The notes: generated by a model not told the origin, from the letters alone. A DNA stretch of 64,000 bases from Bacteroidales bacterium UBA5762 (GCA_002418865.1 DIEY01000002.1:32824-96823), one strand, 5' to 3'. Counted from the stretch's first letter, positions 29,952-40,393 are shown. Translations and numbers: made by a program.

Positions 29952-30785
29952 ATGCCAATATCTGCTTCAGATGTTAACAAACTGCGCCAAATGACAGGAG
30001 CAGGAATGATGGATTGCAAACATGCACTCGAAGAATCGAATGGCGATTTTGAACAGGCCATTGATATTTTACGTAAAAAAGGCCAAAAGGTAGCCAATAA
30101 AAGGGCCGACCGCAGTACATCAGAAGGCATGGTTCTGGCAGCTACCAACCCAGAAAAAACTTATGCCGCCATTATCATGGTAAATTGTGAAACCGACTTT
30201 GTGGCTTCCAATTCTGAATTTACTCAGCTGGTAAAACAACTCATGGACAAAATCATTGAGAACCAACCCAAATCTCTTGATGAAGCCCGTATTCTAAAAA
30301 TAGACGATAGAACCTTCGAAGAACATCTTACTGAATTGATCGGAAAAACAGGAGAAAAAATGGAGTTCTCCAATTTTCAATATATAGAAGCACCATTAGT
30401 TGATGCTTATGTGCACCATAACAACCGCTTGGGAACAATTGTAGGTTTCAACAAGAACGATAAGAAAGAATATTATACCATTGCTCACGAAGTGGCTATG
30501 CAAATCGCTGCCATGAATCCCATTGCCATTGATAAAGAAGATGTAGATCCAAAAATCATAGAACACGAATTGGAAATAGGTCGCGAACAAGCCCGCGCCG
30601 AAGGAAAACCAGAAAATATGCTCGACAAGATTGCCGAAGGAAAAATGAATAGATTTTTTAAAGATAACACTTTGTTAAATCAGGATTTCGTCTCTGATTC
30701 TAAAAAAACTGTCGGCCAATACATTAATGAGTTCGATAAGGATTTAAAGGTCACAAAATTTTATCGGCTTGTTTTAGGCGAATAA
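29952..30785 (+). CDS. tsf: Translation elongation factor Ts
   Basis: N-terminal UBA-like motif ISASDVNKLRQMTGAGMMDCKHALEESNGDFEQAIDILRKKG, and VNCETDFVA. Confidence 0.97.
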   Translation: MPISASDVNKLRQMTGAGMMDCKHALEESNGDFEQAIDILRKKGQKVANKRADRSTSEGMVLAATNPEKTYAAIIMVNCETDFVASNSEFTQLVKQLMDKIIENQPKSLDEARILKIDDRTFEEHLTELIGKTGEKMEFSNFQYIEAPLVDAYVHHNNRLGTIVGFNKNDKKEYYTIAHEVAMQIAAMNPIAIDKEDVDPKIIEHELEIGREQARAEGKPENMLDKIAEGKMNRFFKDNTLLNQDFVSDSKKTVGQYINEFDKDLKVTKFYRLVLGE

Positions 30786-30807
30786 TTCACCATCTTATTC
30801 CCTTGCT

Positions 30808-30845
30808 AAAAGCGGGTTTTCTCGTAGAGAAAACCCGCTTTTTTG
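30808..30845 (+). terminator. Intrinsic terminator of the rpsB-tsf unit
   Basis: 16-bp stem aaaagcgggttttctc / gagaaaacccgctttt with a 3-nt loop, followed by a T-run. Confidence 0.85.
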
Positions 30846-31094
30846 AATATCACAGAGTGTTAAAACTTTCACTCTTCAACAAAGTATCGTCATTCACTGT
30901 AAGATGGACTTCTATTATTTTCATCTTCTTTGTAGCATTTTGCTCTAACCCCTTTTAATTACCAGTTATGACCATATCAATGGAAGAAAGTCTAATTCTA
31001 TTTAGACTAAAATGTCAATGGCAAGGTAATCGTAGCCACAACTCTTCCTGTTTCGACGCAATTAAGTAATATTGCAAAATGAAACTTGGTAATT

Positions 31095-32384
31095 ATGTTG
31101 AAAAAGAACAGAAAAATCATAGCAATAGCAGGTGGAGTAGTTATTATTATACTCATCGTACTGATTTCTGGACGAGACAAACCTGTTGATAAGGATTTAA
31201 TAGTAAAAGTTCAAAGAGGACCATTTAAAATTACGGTAACCACCACGGGAGAGCTGGAAGCAAAGAATTCGGAAAAAATTTTGGGACCAGATGGTTTAAA
31301 TGAAGTTGGGATTTGGCGGACGACAATAGAAGACATTATTCCTGATGGTTCCATTGTAGATTCAGGACAATATGTAGCAAGGCTCGATCAGACTGAAATC
31401 AGCAATAAGATAAAAGACAAAGAAACCGAGCTCGAGAAACTCGAAACCCAGGTGATTAAAACTCGAATAGATACTTCGATTGAGATGCGAGCAGCGAGGG
31501 ACGAGCTCATCAACCTAAAGTATGCCTTAGAAGAGAGAAAAATCATTCTCGAACAATCAGCCTATGAACCCCCGGCCACCATACGCCAGGCCGAAATCAA
31601 TCTCGAGAAAGCCCAAAGAGCTTACGAACAAGCTGTAAAGAATTATCAACTCAAACTGGATAAGAATCGGGCTAATATGCAAGATGTACAAGCTTCATAT
31701 TTTCAAGCTAAACGCCAGCTCGAGAATTTACTTAAAGTAAGAGAAGGCTTTGTAGTGAAGGCACCCAAAAGCGGTATGTTGATTTACCGCCGTAATTGGG
31801 ATGGGAAAAAAATGGGCGTTGGGGCTCAAATCAGCACATGGGACAATATTGTGGCTACACTGCCCGACCTTTCGAAAATGATCTCAAAAACTTACATCAA
31901 CGAGATCGATATCTCAAAAGTTAAAACTGGCCAAACTGCCGAAATTAGTATAGACGCCTTCCCTCATAAAAAACTCACAGGCATTGTTGCTGAAGTAGCT
32001 AATATTGGCGAGCAAATCCAGGGATCGAATGCCAAGGTTTTCGAAGTCATCATCCATGTAAATGAATTCGATAGTATATTACGTCCTGCTATGACGACCA
32101 AAAACGTTATACTTACCAAAGAATTCCAAAATGTTTTGTTTTTACCCATAGAAGCTATTCATACCGAAGGGAAAGTTTCGTTTGTATATAAAGACAACAA
32201 GAAAGTTGAAGTGGCTACAGGCGAAAGCAATGAAAATTATATTATCATCAAAGAAGGGCTGAAAGAAGGCGATGAGGTTTACATCAGCATTCCAAAGGAT
32301 ACCGATGGATGGCCAATTGTTCACTTAAACAGCAGTGAACCCAGTCAAGAAACAAAGGATAGAAACAGCAAATCAAATGGATAA
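31095..32384 (+). CDS. Efflux periplasmic adaptor (HlyD/MacA-type membrane fusion protein)
   Basis: N-terminal anchor, a long coiled-coil (ETELEKLETQVIKTR...LEKAQRAYEQAVKNY), and beta-barrel/lipoyl-like segments. I prefer the ATG at 31095 over the TTG at 31086. Confidence 0.8.
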   Translation: MLKKNRKIIAIAGGVVIIILIVLISGRDKPVDKDLIVKVQRGPFKITVTTTGELEAKNSEKILGPDGLNEVGIWRTTIEDIIPDGSIVDSGQYVARLDQTEISNKIKDKETELEKLETQVIKTRIDTSIEMRAARDELINLKYALEERKIILEQSAYEPPATIRQAEINLEKAQRAYEQAVKNYQLKLDKNRANMQDVQASYFQAKRQLENLLKVREGFVVKAPKSGMLIYRRNWDGKKMGVGAQISTWDNIVATLPDLSKMISKTYINEIDISKVKTGQTAEISIDAFPHKKLTGIVAEVANIGEQIQGSNAKVFEVIIHVNEFDSILRPAMTTKNVILTKEFQNVLFLPIEAIHTEGKVSFVYKDNKKVEVATGESNENYIIIKEGLKEGDEVYISIPKDTDGWPIVHLNSSEPSQETKDRNSKSNG

Positions 32385-33750
32385 GAAAAACCCTTCGCAA
32401 ACAGGCATTAAATACATTCATATTTTGCGTATAGCAGGTGAAGCTTTGATGGTAAACAAAACCAGAACTTTGCTTACTGCTCTCGGAATTATTTTTGGGG
32501 TAGCTGCTGTTATTGCCATGATGGCCGTTGGTAATGGTGCGAGGAAAGAAATTTTGGACCAAATGAAATTAGTTGGGGTCAACAATATCATTATCACACC
32601 TAAAACCGAACTTACTCTGAAAAATGAAGAAGAGGAACAAGGTAAAAATTTAAAAAAGGGTTTTTCGACGGGATTATCTTTAAGTGATGCTGAAGGAATC
32701 AAAGCAATAATACCTGGGGTGCTATCCGTAAGTCCGGAAGTAACCTATGAGGTGATGGGGATACATGATGGTGCAGGAAGAACATTGAAAATCAGTGGAG
32801 TAACTCCTGATTTTTTCAATACCTTTGGATTGAAGCTCGAAAAAGGGCTAATTTTCTCAGAAAAGGAAATGGAAGCATCTTCGCCTGTTTGCGTAATCGG
32901 CTCTGAAATTAGGGCAAAGATTTTCCCCAATAAAGATCCTCTGGGTCAATACATAAAATGTGGAGGAGTATGGTTAAAGATTATAGGAGTTTTAGAATAC
33001 CGACCTGTTTCTGATAAAAGCTCACAAAGCCTTGGCATCAGTAATTTTAATGAGCATGTATATGCTCCTCTAAAAACTGTACTTAACCGGATAAAGGATC
33101 GTTCATTGATTACGTCTAATCTCTTAGCTGGAGCAAATATTTACAATGGAGGTGATTTTGTGGTTGTTGAAAATTCAAGTGGAACAAAAACAGCTAGCTT
33201 TAACCAATTAGATAAAATTGTGGTTCAGGTGAAGGAAAGTAGTTTGCTCAACACCAGCAGTGAGATTATTAAGCGTATGCTACTGCGCAAACACAATGAC
33301 ATCGAAGACTTCGAGGTAATTATTCCTGAATTGCTTCTCAAGCAAGAACAACGAACCAAAGACATCTTCAACATTGTGCTGGGGGCAATAGCGAGTATTT
33401 CTTTAATTGTTGGGGGAATAGGCATTATGAACATCATGTTAGCCTCTGTTTTAGAACGTATAAAGGAGATTGGCGTCAGGCAGGCTATTGGAGCCCGTAG
33501 GCAAGATATTGTCATGCAATTTCTTTCTGAAGCCACCTTAATCAGCATAGCAGGCGGGTTTATAGGCATTATTTTGGGCATTATTTTATCGAAAGCCATC
33601 ATGAAACTGGCTGGAATTCTCACAATTATATCACCAATAAGCATCATCATTTCTTTTAGTGTTTCTGCCGCCGTAGGCATCATCTTCGGATATATGCCAG
33701 CACGAAAGGCTGCTTCACAGGATCCAGTAACTTCATTAAGATATGAATAA
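32377..33750 (+). CDS. ABC transporter permease, MacB-type (MacB periplasmic core domain plus FtsX), no ATPase domain
   Basis: TM1 (TLLTALGIIFGVAAVIAMMAVG), a large periplasmic domain, then the FtsX 3-TM bundle with RIKEIGVRQAIGARRQDIVMQFLSEA. The start was moved to the ATG that overlaps the upstream stop (ATGGATAA). Confidence 0.85.
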   Translation: MDKKNPSQTGIKYIHILRIAGEALMVNKTRTLLTALGIIFGVAAVIAMMAVGNGARKEILDQMKLVGVNNIIITPKTELTLKNEEEEQGKNLKKGFSTGLSLSDAEGIKAIIPGVLSVSPEVTYEVMGIHDGAGRTLKISGVTPDFFNTFGLKLEKGLIFSEKEMEASSPVCVIGSEIRAKIFPNKDPLGQYIKCGGVWLKIIGVLEYRPVSDKSSQSLGISNFNEHVYAPLKTVLNRIKDRSLITSNLLAGANIYNGGDFVVVENSSGTKTASFNQLDKIVVQVKESSLLNTSSEIIKRMLLRKHNDIEDFEVIIPELLLKQEQRTKDIFNIVLGAIASISLIVGGIGIMNIMLASVLERIKEIGVRQAIGARRQDIVMQFLSEATLISIAGGFIGIILGIILSKAIMKLAGILTIISPISIIISFSVSAAVGIIFGYMPARKAASQDPVTSLRYE

Positions 33751-35248
33751 TTTTATTATGCGAAAAATTATTTATTTAAATTTCACCATTTTAATAGGTT
33801 CATTCGGCTTATTACATGCCAATGCTCAAAGTAATACCTTGAAACTTAGCCTCGAAGAAGTAATTCGAATTGCTTCAGAACAATCTCCCGATGCTTTAAT
33901 GGCTCGTCACCGCTTTCTGAGTAGTTATTGGGAATATCGTTCATATTTAGCTCAGTTCAAACCCAAACTTAGTTTATCGGCCACCATTCCTAGTTTAACT
34001 AAATCACTCAATTCATATACTCTTCCTGATGGTACTGAAACTTTCGTTCATCAGCAATATACCAGCTATACGGGTAATTTATCTCTCTCTCAGGTAATAG
34101 GTTTTAGTGGTGGAAATATTTATATTCAAAGTGGATTGCAACGACTTAACAACAATTTAGATTCAGCAGGCCTCTCCTCATGGCTTTCTCATCCGATAAC
34201 CATAGGTTTGAGGCAACCCATATATAACTTCAATGCCTATAAATGGCAAAAACGTATCGATCCTATTCGTTATTTAGAGGCTTCACGAAGATATATAGAA
34301 GATATAGAACAAATCTCGATTACTGCCACTACCTTATTTTTCAATTTGATTATTGCCGAAGGTCAGTTGCAGATATCCCAAATGAATGAAGCCAATTATG
34401 ATACTTTATACAGGATAGCTCAGGGGCGGTTTAACATGGGAACTATTGCCGAAAACGAGCTGTTACAGTTGGAATTGAATCTATTAAAATCTAAAGCCGA
34501 CGCAGAGAATGCTCGCCTGGACGTTGAAAACAGTGAGTTTATGCTAAAAAGTTATTTGCGCTTAAAAAGTCAACAAAACCTTCAACTTATACCTCCAGCA
34601 AGCCCCTACCAAGGGAATGTACCAGTTTCAGATGCCATTGAGTTTGCTCTCGAAAACAGAGCTACTGCTCTCGAATTCGAAAGAAGAATCTTAGAAGCTC
34701 GCCGTGATCTCGACCAAGCTAAGCATGAAGGAAGATTCCAGGCCAATCTTTCTATCGATTATGGATTGTCAAAAAATGGAGCAAACTTATCAGAAGTTTA
34801 TCAAAACTTGGATGACATGCAGCAGCTTAGTTTTGGAGTTTATGTACCCATTCTCGATTGGGGCCAAGCCAAGGGAAGAATAAAAATGGCCCAATCGAAT
34901 CACGAACTCGTAAAAACTGCAATTGAACAAGAACGCATAGATTTTGAGCAAGAAGTATATTTGGCAGTGATGCAATATAATATGCAGAATAGCCAATTAG
35001 AAATAGCCGCTAAATCGGATACAATAGCCGATAAAAGTTATCAAGTAGCCAAGGCTCGCTACCTCATCGGAAAAATTAGCATAACCGACCTCAACATAGC
35101 TCAAAGTGAAAAAGACCTGGCTCGCATGAACTTTCTAAGAGCCTTGCAAAGATATTGGAATAGTTATTACACAGTCCGCAAACTCACCCATTTCGATTTT
35201 ACTAAAAATCTTCCCATTCAAGTGGACATGAACAAAATCATAGAATAG
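33743..35248 (+). CDS. TolC-family outer membrane efflux protein
   Basis: Signal peptide plus two-fold repeated helical/beta OEP pattern. The start overlaps the permease stop (ATGAATAA). Confidence 0.8.
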   Translation: MNNFIMRKIIYLNFTILIGSFGLLHANAQSNTLKLSLEEVIRIASEQSPDALMARHRFLSSYWEYRSYLAQFKPKLSLSATIPSLTKSLNSYTLPDGTETFVHQQYTSYTGNLSLSQVIGFSGGNIYIQSGLQRLNNNLDSAGLSSWLSHPITIGLRQPIYNFNAYKWQKRIDPIRYLEASRRYIEDIEQISITATTLFFNLIIAEGQLQISQMNEANYDTLYRIAQGRFNMGTIAENELLQLELNLLKSKADAENARLDVENSEFMLKSYLRLKSQQNLQLIPPASPYQGNVPVSDAIEFALENRATALEFERRILEARRDLDQAKHEGRFQANLSIDYGLSKNGANLSEVYQNLDDMQQLSFGVYVPILDWGQAKGRIKMAQSNHELVKTAIEQERIDFEQEVYLAVMQYNMQNSQLEIAAKSDTIADKSYQVAKARYLIGKISITDLNIAQSEKDLARMNFLRALQRYWNSYYTVRKLTHFDFTKNLPIQVDMNKIIE

Positions 35249-35338
35249 ATTGTTAAAACTTCAATCATTATAGAATAATATAATGTTAAACATAAAAAAT
35301 TATTAAATCTCATTTCAATAACTTAAAATTAATAGATT

Positions 35339-35974
35339 ATGGCAGTTTTAGTCGGGAAAAAAGCTCCATTGTTTTATGCAGATGCAATTGTCAATGGCAG
35401 CCAATTTGTTGAAAAATTTTCGCTCGAACAGTATATTGGCAAGAAGTATGTCATCTTTTTCTTTTATCCAATGGATTTTACTTTTGTATGTCCAACCGAA
35501 ATTTTAGCATTTCAAGAAAAATTGAAAGAGTTTGAAGAACGTAACTGTGCCGTTGTTGGATGCTCGGTCGATTCGAAATATTCACATTGGGCATGGTTAA
35601 ATACACCAAAAGAAAAAGGTGGAATACAAGGGGTTACATTTCCCTTGGTTTCCGATTTTTCGAAAACTATATCGGAAAATTATGATGTATTAGCCGGCTA
35701 CTATGATTACGACACCGAAGACGAGGTTTCTACATTTGTTGGGGAGCCTGTTGCCTACCGCGGTCTCTTTCTCATCGATAAACAAGGCATCGTACGACAT
35801 CAGATTGTAAATGATACTCCTTTAGGTCGCAATGTTGAAGAAGCACTGCGAATGGTCGATGCCCTTCAGTTTTATGAAGAACATGGTGAAGTTTGCCCGG
35901 CTAACTGGCACAAGGGAGAGGAAGGCATAAAAGCCACCCCTGAAGGAATAGCCTCATACTTGAGCAAGCATTGA
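35339..35974 (+). CDS. Typical 2-Cys peroxiredoxin (AhpC/Prx1 subfamily)
   Basis: Peroxidatic Cys in FFFYPMDFTFVCPTE and resolving Cys in HGEVCPANW. Confidence 0.93.
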   Translation: MAVLVGKKAPLFYADAIVNGSQFVEKFSLEQYIGKKYVIFFFYPMDFTFVCPTEILAFQEKLKEFEERNCAVVGCSVDSKYSHWAWLNTPKEKGGIQGVTFPLVSDFSKTISENYDVLAGYYDYDTEDEVSTFVGEPVAYRGLFLIDKQGIVRHQIVNDTPLGRNVEEALRMVDALQFYEEHGEVCPANWHKGEEGIKATPEGIASYLSKH

Positions 35975-36000
35975 TCTTGCCTCAATCTTTGTAAATTAGT

Positions 36001-36066
36001 AAAAAGCAGACGGATAAACTATTTTGATGCCAAAAGCAAAATAGTAAGAGATAGAGTCTGCTTTTT
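36001..36066 (+). terminator. Long nested hairpin terminator after the peroxiredoxin gene
   Basis: Outer stem aaaaagcagac / gtctgcttttt encloses an inner stem (ctatttt / aaaatag), followed by a T-run. Confidence 0.65.
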
Positions 36067-36119
36067 TTATAAATTGCCTAAAACTTTAGCCCAATGATTT
36101 TACATTCTAAAATTGTTCG

Positions 36120-36127
36120 TATTTTTG
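36120..36127 (+). promoter_or_regulatory. Bacteroidota -7 promoter box upstream of rplS
   Basis: TATTTTTG lies 34 nt upstream of the ATG at 36161. Confidence 0.5.
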
Positions 36128-36160
36128 CAGTCCTTTTTAACCTAGAAAATATTCGACACC

Positions 36161-36514
36161 ATGAATAAGCCTGAATTAGTAAAATACATTGAATCACTCG
36201 AAGCTCCTAAGCAATTTCCTGAATTTAAGGCTGGAGATACCATCACCGTTGATTATTCCATTAAAGAAGGGAATAAGACTCGTACTCAAAGTTTTACGGG
36301 CATAGTGCTGCAAATAAAAGGCGCAGGCAATACCAAAACTTTTACTGTTCGTAAAATTTCAGGCAATATAGGTGTAGAACGTATTTTCCCGTTTGCTTCT
36401 CCTAATATAGAACGTATAGAAATCAATAAGCGGGGAGCCGTTCGACGCGCTAGAATTTTTTATTTACGGAATCTCCGTGGAAAAAAGGCAAAAATCAAGG
36501 AAAGTCGTTCTTAA
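36161..36514 (+). CDS. rplS: 50S ribosomal protein L19
   Basis: FKAGDTITVDYSIKEGNKTRTQSFTGIVLQIKGAGNTKTFTVRKISGNIGVERIFPFASPNIERIEI. Confidence 0.97.
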   Translation: MNKPELVKYIESLEAPKQFPEFKAGDTITVDYSIKEGNKTRTQSFTGIVLQIKGAGNTKTFTVRKISGNIGVERIFPFASPNIERIEINKRGAVRRARIFYLRNLRGKKAKIKESRS

Positions 36515-36551
36515 TGTTTGCTTCTATTCTTGCACCAGATGCATTACTTAT

Positions 36552-36579
36552 ATGGACCTCCCCAAAGGTCCATTTTTTT
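36552..36579 (+). terminator. Intrinsic terminator of rplS
   Basis: Stem atggacct / aggtccat followed by T7. Confidence 0.8.
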
Positions 36580-36721
36580 ATGGTTTAATACCCCAAAAAA
36601 TTGGCAGTATTTGCAAAAAGGTTAGTGCTGCACACTTAAATAATAGGGTTGGTGGATTTCTGAGACAACAAAAAGATTGATGCTACACACCAAATCGTTT
36701 TGTTGTTAACGTAATTGTTTG

Positions 36722-36757
36722 GAAGACTTAACAGGATTCAAAACCTGTTAAGTCTTC
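36722..36757. other. Isolated perfect 14-bp hairpin
   Basis: gaagacttaacagg - attcaaaa - cctgttaagtcttc. No adjacent T-run. It lies in the 438-nt rplS/GDE intergenic region. Confidence 0.6.
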
Positions 36758-36952
36758 ATTCGTTAAAGAGATACAGAATTTTCATCTGGATGATTTACAG
36801 CAGGGCAGTAGCGAAAATTTTTGTAAGAAAATAAATCCTTTCAAATTAGGAGGTGCAACGCACCGAAAATTAAATTTCATCGATATGATATCCAATCCTA
36901 ACGATTGGGTTTTAAGAATAATCATTAATTTCATGCCTCAATCATTCAGGAA

Positions 36953-39900
36953 ATGAAAAAGATTTGGCAATATCTGTATGTTATTTTGTTGCTTTCAGGT
37001 TTTCAGATTACTCTTTCGGCTCAGTCGAATATTCGTGTCGGTATAATAATCTCCAATAATGACACTTCGCTGGAGACTCGAGCTGCCATTCAATTCCTTC
37101 AAAATGCAGCCGATGTAAATGGATTTTATTTAAATACTGAAGACGTAGTCAATCATCCAGGTTTAATCGATCAAGTCGACGTTTTCTGGATTCATACGAA
37201 TGACTCAGTAGGCTTAACACAAATACGCAGAAATAAGTCATTACTACACAAAATAAGCAGGGCTGTCGAGAATGGGAAGGGTTTGCTGCTGAGTAATTAT
37301 GCTGTTCAGCTCCTACCTATTTTAGGATTAGAGAACCATAAACCTCAAATAAGAACAAAGACACTGAAAGACGAGGGTTATGGCCGAATGGCGGGTTTTC
37401 ATGCCTTTCGTTCGCATCCCATCTATAAGGACTTGCATCAAGGCGTTTATTGTTTAAAACCTACCAAGGACGTTACGCTCGGGATCAATGGATATTTTGG
37501 TGAAGATTCATTTCCTCATCAAGGAAAAGTAATAGGGGTCGATTGGGATTATATCACTCTAATAGAAGAAAATAAATTAGTATGGGAATATCGATCAGGC
37601 AAAGGGAAAGTATTGGCGGTGGGAGGATATATGTTATTTTCGCAAGAAAACATCAATCGTCGGCATCTCGAAAAATTTGCATTGAATTGCCTGCATTATT
37701 TAAGTAATTCGACAGAATATCAACGGATTCCAGCTTTTTATTGGAATGATGCTCCCCTTTCGGTAAGGTCATTTCAGCTAAAAGATACCTTACAAATTAA
37801 AGGTGAAGCTATTTCTCATACATGGCCCCAAATATCCATTCAACCTAAAATAATTAAAAAAGCAAATGGCCCTTATTACCAGGTTTCAGGCCAAAGAATC
37901 GTATTAATGGGAAAAGAAAATAGCGGAATAAAAGAAATTTGGGCTCATCCCTTTATGGCAATGCACGATTATAAAGTCATTTTACAAGCACCCCCTCCTG
38001 CCCTACCTGTTTATCTGGACAGTTTAATACCAGAGATCAGTATTCAACCCTATTATATAAAACGCCATTATCAATTGCAAAATATCTCTTTGAACGAAAT
38101 CATTGTGGTTCATCCCGAAAAGGGCATTGCTGCCATTCATTATGAATTCGAAGGGGATGAAAACACGCATCTTTATATCACTTATCAAAGCAATCTACGC
38201 CTGATGTGGCCTTACAGCGAAAAAGTTTCGAGGATTTTGCGTTACAGCAAGGGAAACAAAAACAGATTTCAAGTCATTACAGATTTTACACAAGACTATG
38301 TATGTTTGACAGGTTCACAAAGAATGCCTCATCGAACGAAGGTTGGTCATTTCAAGGGATTCACCATCGATGAGCAAGCAAGAATCATTGGCCATGTTAC
38401 CGATGAGGCCATGGTTTCATGCTGTAATGACTATTTGCTCAAAAACCATGATACGCTCGACCTTCTGATTATTGCAGGAAGTGAAGGATTACAACCCGCT
38501 CTCGATGATTTTTCTTTAACAATAAAGAACCCTGGTTGGTTATTGAGTGAATATAAAAAAGCCATAAAAAATCTTTACGATCGTCATCTTGGGATAGTAA
38601 CCCCCGATACTCTTTTTAACGAAGCATGGAAATGGTATTTGGCAGGGATCAACAGTTTCTACATAGAAACACCACAGTTAGGAAGATCATTGGTTGCAGG
38701 CTTCAATTGGACAGGTACAGGCTGGAATGGAGGTCACCGCATAGATGGAAGACCTGGATATAGTTGGTATTTTGGCCGAGATAGTGAATGGTCGGCTTTA
38801 GGCATCTTAGATTATGGCGATTTTGAAAAAGTCAGAGAGGTATTAAGCATGTTGAGCAATTATCAAGATCTTAATGGCAAAATCTTTCATGAATTAAGCA
38901 CCTCGGGTTTTGTTCATTACGATGCAGCCGATGCTACTCCATTATATATTGTACTTGCCTCCCGATATCTTCGTCATACTGGAGATACGAATTTTATTCG
39001 TTTAATATGGCCTAATTTGCTCCAGGCCTATAATTTCTGTAAATCTACTGATACCGATCATGACCATTTGATCGAGAACACTAATGTTGGACATGGTTGG
39101 GTGGAAGGCGGCCCTTTGTATGGTTCTCACACTTCACTTTATTTGTGTTCATGTTGGAATGAAGCTCTAATAGGTATGGCCGAGATAGCATCAGTAATGA
39201 ACGAAGATAGCCTCTCTCACGAATGTAGTGAGGAAGCCGCTATTGTAAATTATATTTTGAACAATAGGTTTTACGATAAAGAAAAGCAATCATGGCATCA
39301 AGGTTTGATGAAAGATGGCAGTTGGCATACCTTAGAATCGGTCATGCCAGCTGTTCCGGCACTATTTGGACAAATGAAGAAGGAGTCACTCCGAACATTT
39401 ATAGATAAAACCTCGGGCAATGAATACATCACCAATTACGGCAGCAGGATTTTGAGTAATTTAAGTCCGTACTATCATCCTCGAGCTTATCATGCTGGCT
39501 CGGTATGGCCTCTGTTTACGGGATGGCATGCCATGGCAGCTTACAAAGCCAAGGCATTTGAAACCGGATTTCGGCTTATCATGGCGAATATGAATATTTT
39601 TCGTCATTGGGGATATGGGTATTCCGAAGAGGTATTGAATGGTGAAGTATATGAACCTGCCGGAGTATGCCGGCATCAGTGTTGGTCGGAAACAATGGCC
39701 ATACAGGCTGTAGTTGAAGGCATGCTGGGCATTAAGTTAAATGCGCTACAAAATCTTCTACAAATCGCGCCGGCCATACCACCTCACTGGAATTCAATCC
39801 ATATTGACCATCTTCGATTTAAAGAATCTGTCATTCATTTTTCAATGCATACCGATAACTTCAAACAAACTTGGCAATTTAATATCAATGGAAAATCTAC

Positions 39901-40351
39901 ACCTCAAATAATTTTTACTCCATATCTCCCCGCAGGTAGTCAAATTAATTCAATAGAAATAAATGGAAAATCGGTTTATTTCGAAAGAATTATAAAAGAA
40001 GGATATACTCAGGCCATAGTACAGTTCAAAATGGAGGATTCTCTTCGGCTTGAAATTTATTATAAGCCAGGATTTTATGTTATCCCAGAGATTATCTTAC
40101 CCGAACCTGGAGACAAGGCAGATGGATTAAGAATCATACAATCTTACATGGTTGATTCAGTTTATGTTATAGAATTGGAAGCGCCACAGAATAGTTTACA
40201 CACTATTAAAGTAAAGGCATCAGGTGAAAGAGAATATTCGATTGATGGTGGATCTTTAAAGAGTTGCAAAGATGGAATTTTAGAAATAGAAGTCAACTTT
40301 CAGAGCTCCGAAAAACTTTATGTAAGAAAAAATATCAGGGTGAAGATATAA
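36953..40351 (+). CDS. Secreted multi-domain glycoside hydrolase of the amylo-alpha-1,6-glucosidase / glycogen-debranching (GDE_C, (alpha/alpha)6-barrel) family, with long N- and C-terminal extensions
   Basis: Signal peptide. The central region carries GDE_C-type motifs (YSWYFGRDSEWSALG, IFHELSTSG, DATPLYIV, YHAGSVWPLFTGW, HQCWSETMA). About 560 aa precede the barrel and about 190 aa follow it. Confidence 0.7.
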   Translation: MKKIWQYLYVILLLSGFQITLSAQSNIRVGIIISNNDTSLETRAAIQFLQNAADVNGFYLNTEDVVNHPGLIDQVDVFWIHTNDSVGLTQIRRNKSLLHKISRAVENGKGLLLSNYAVQLLPILGLENHKPQIRTKTLKDEGYGRMAGFHAFRSHPIYKDLHQGVYCLKPTKDVTLGINGYFGEDSFPHQGKVIGVDWDYITLIEENKLVWEYRSGKGKVLAVGGYMLFSQENINRRHLEKFALNCLHYLSNSTEYQRIPAFYWNDAPLSVRSFQLKDTLQIKGEAISHTWPQISIQPKIIKKANGPYYQVSGQRIVLMGKENSGIKEIWAHPFMAMHDYKVILQAPPPALPVYLDSLIPEISIQPYYIKRHYQLQNISLNEIIVVHPEKGIAAIHYEFEGDENTHLYITYQSNLRLMWPYSEKVSRILRYSKGNKNRFQVITDFTQDYVCLTGSQRMPHRTKVGHFKGFTIDEQARIIGHVTDEAMVSCCNDYLLKNHDTLDLLIIAGSEGLQPALDDFSLTIKNPGWLLSEYKKAIKNLYDRHLGIVTPDTLFNEAWKWYLAGINSFYIETPQLGRSLVAGFNWTGTGWNGGHRIDGRPGYSWYFGRDSEWSALGILDYGDFEKVREVLSMLSNYQDLNGKIFHELSTSGFVHYDAADATPLYIVLASRYLRHTGDTNFIRLIWPNLLQAYNFCKSTDTDHDHLIENTNVGHGWVEGGPLYGSHTSLYLCSCWNEALIGMAEIASVMNEDSLSHECSEEAAIVNYILNNRFYDKEKQSWHQGLMKDGSWHTLESVMPAVPALFGQMKKESLRTFIDKTSGNEYITNYGSRILSNLSPYYHPRAYHAGSVWPLFTGWHAMAAYKAKAFETGFRLIMANMNIFRHWGYGYSEEVLNGEVYEPAGVCRHQCWSETMAIQAVVEGMLGIKLNALQNLLQIAPAIPPHWNSIHIDHLRFKESVIHFSMHTDNFKQTWQFNINGKSTPQIIFTPYLPAGSQINSIEINGKSVYFERIIKEGYTQAIVQFKMEDSLRLEIYYKPGFYVIPEIILPEPGDKADGLRIIQSYMVDSVYVIELEAPQNSLHTIKVKASGEREYSIDGGSLKSCKDGILEIEVNFQSSEKLYVRKNIRVKI

Positions 40352-40358
40352 TTTAAAA

Positions 40359-40393
40359 AAACGCCGTACAGGCATAAAACCTATACGGCGTTT
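40359..40393. terminator. Bidirectional intrinsic terminator between the GDE-like gene and the susE-like gene
   Basis: Stem aaacgccgta / tacggcgttt with a 15-nt loop. A-run upstream and T-run downstream. Confidence 0.8.

Noticed and set aside
33225-33683. 152-aa minus-strand ORF inside the MacB-type permease gene. The same applies to the ORFs at 32284-32930 and 31964-32324.
   Set aside because: They are antisense to, or out of frame with, well-supported efflux genes. Their hydrophobic, Met-rich composition mirrors TM-coding sequence.
36477-36680. 67-aa plus-strand ORF overlapping the 3' end of rplS.
   Set aside because: It runs across the rplS stop and its terminator hairpin in another frame, which makes a real gene implausible.
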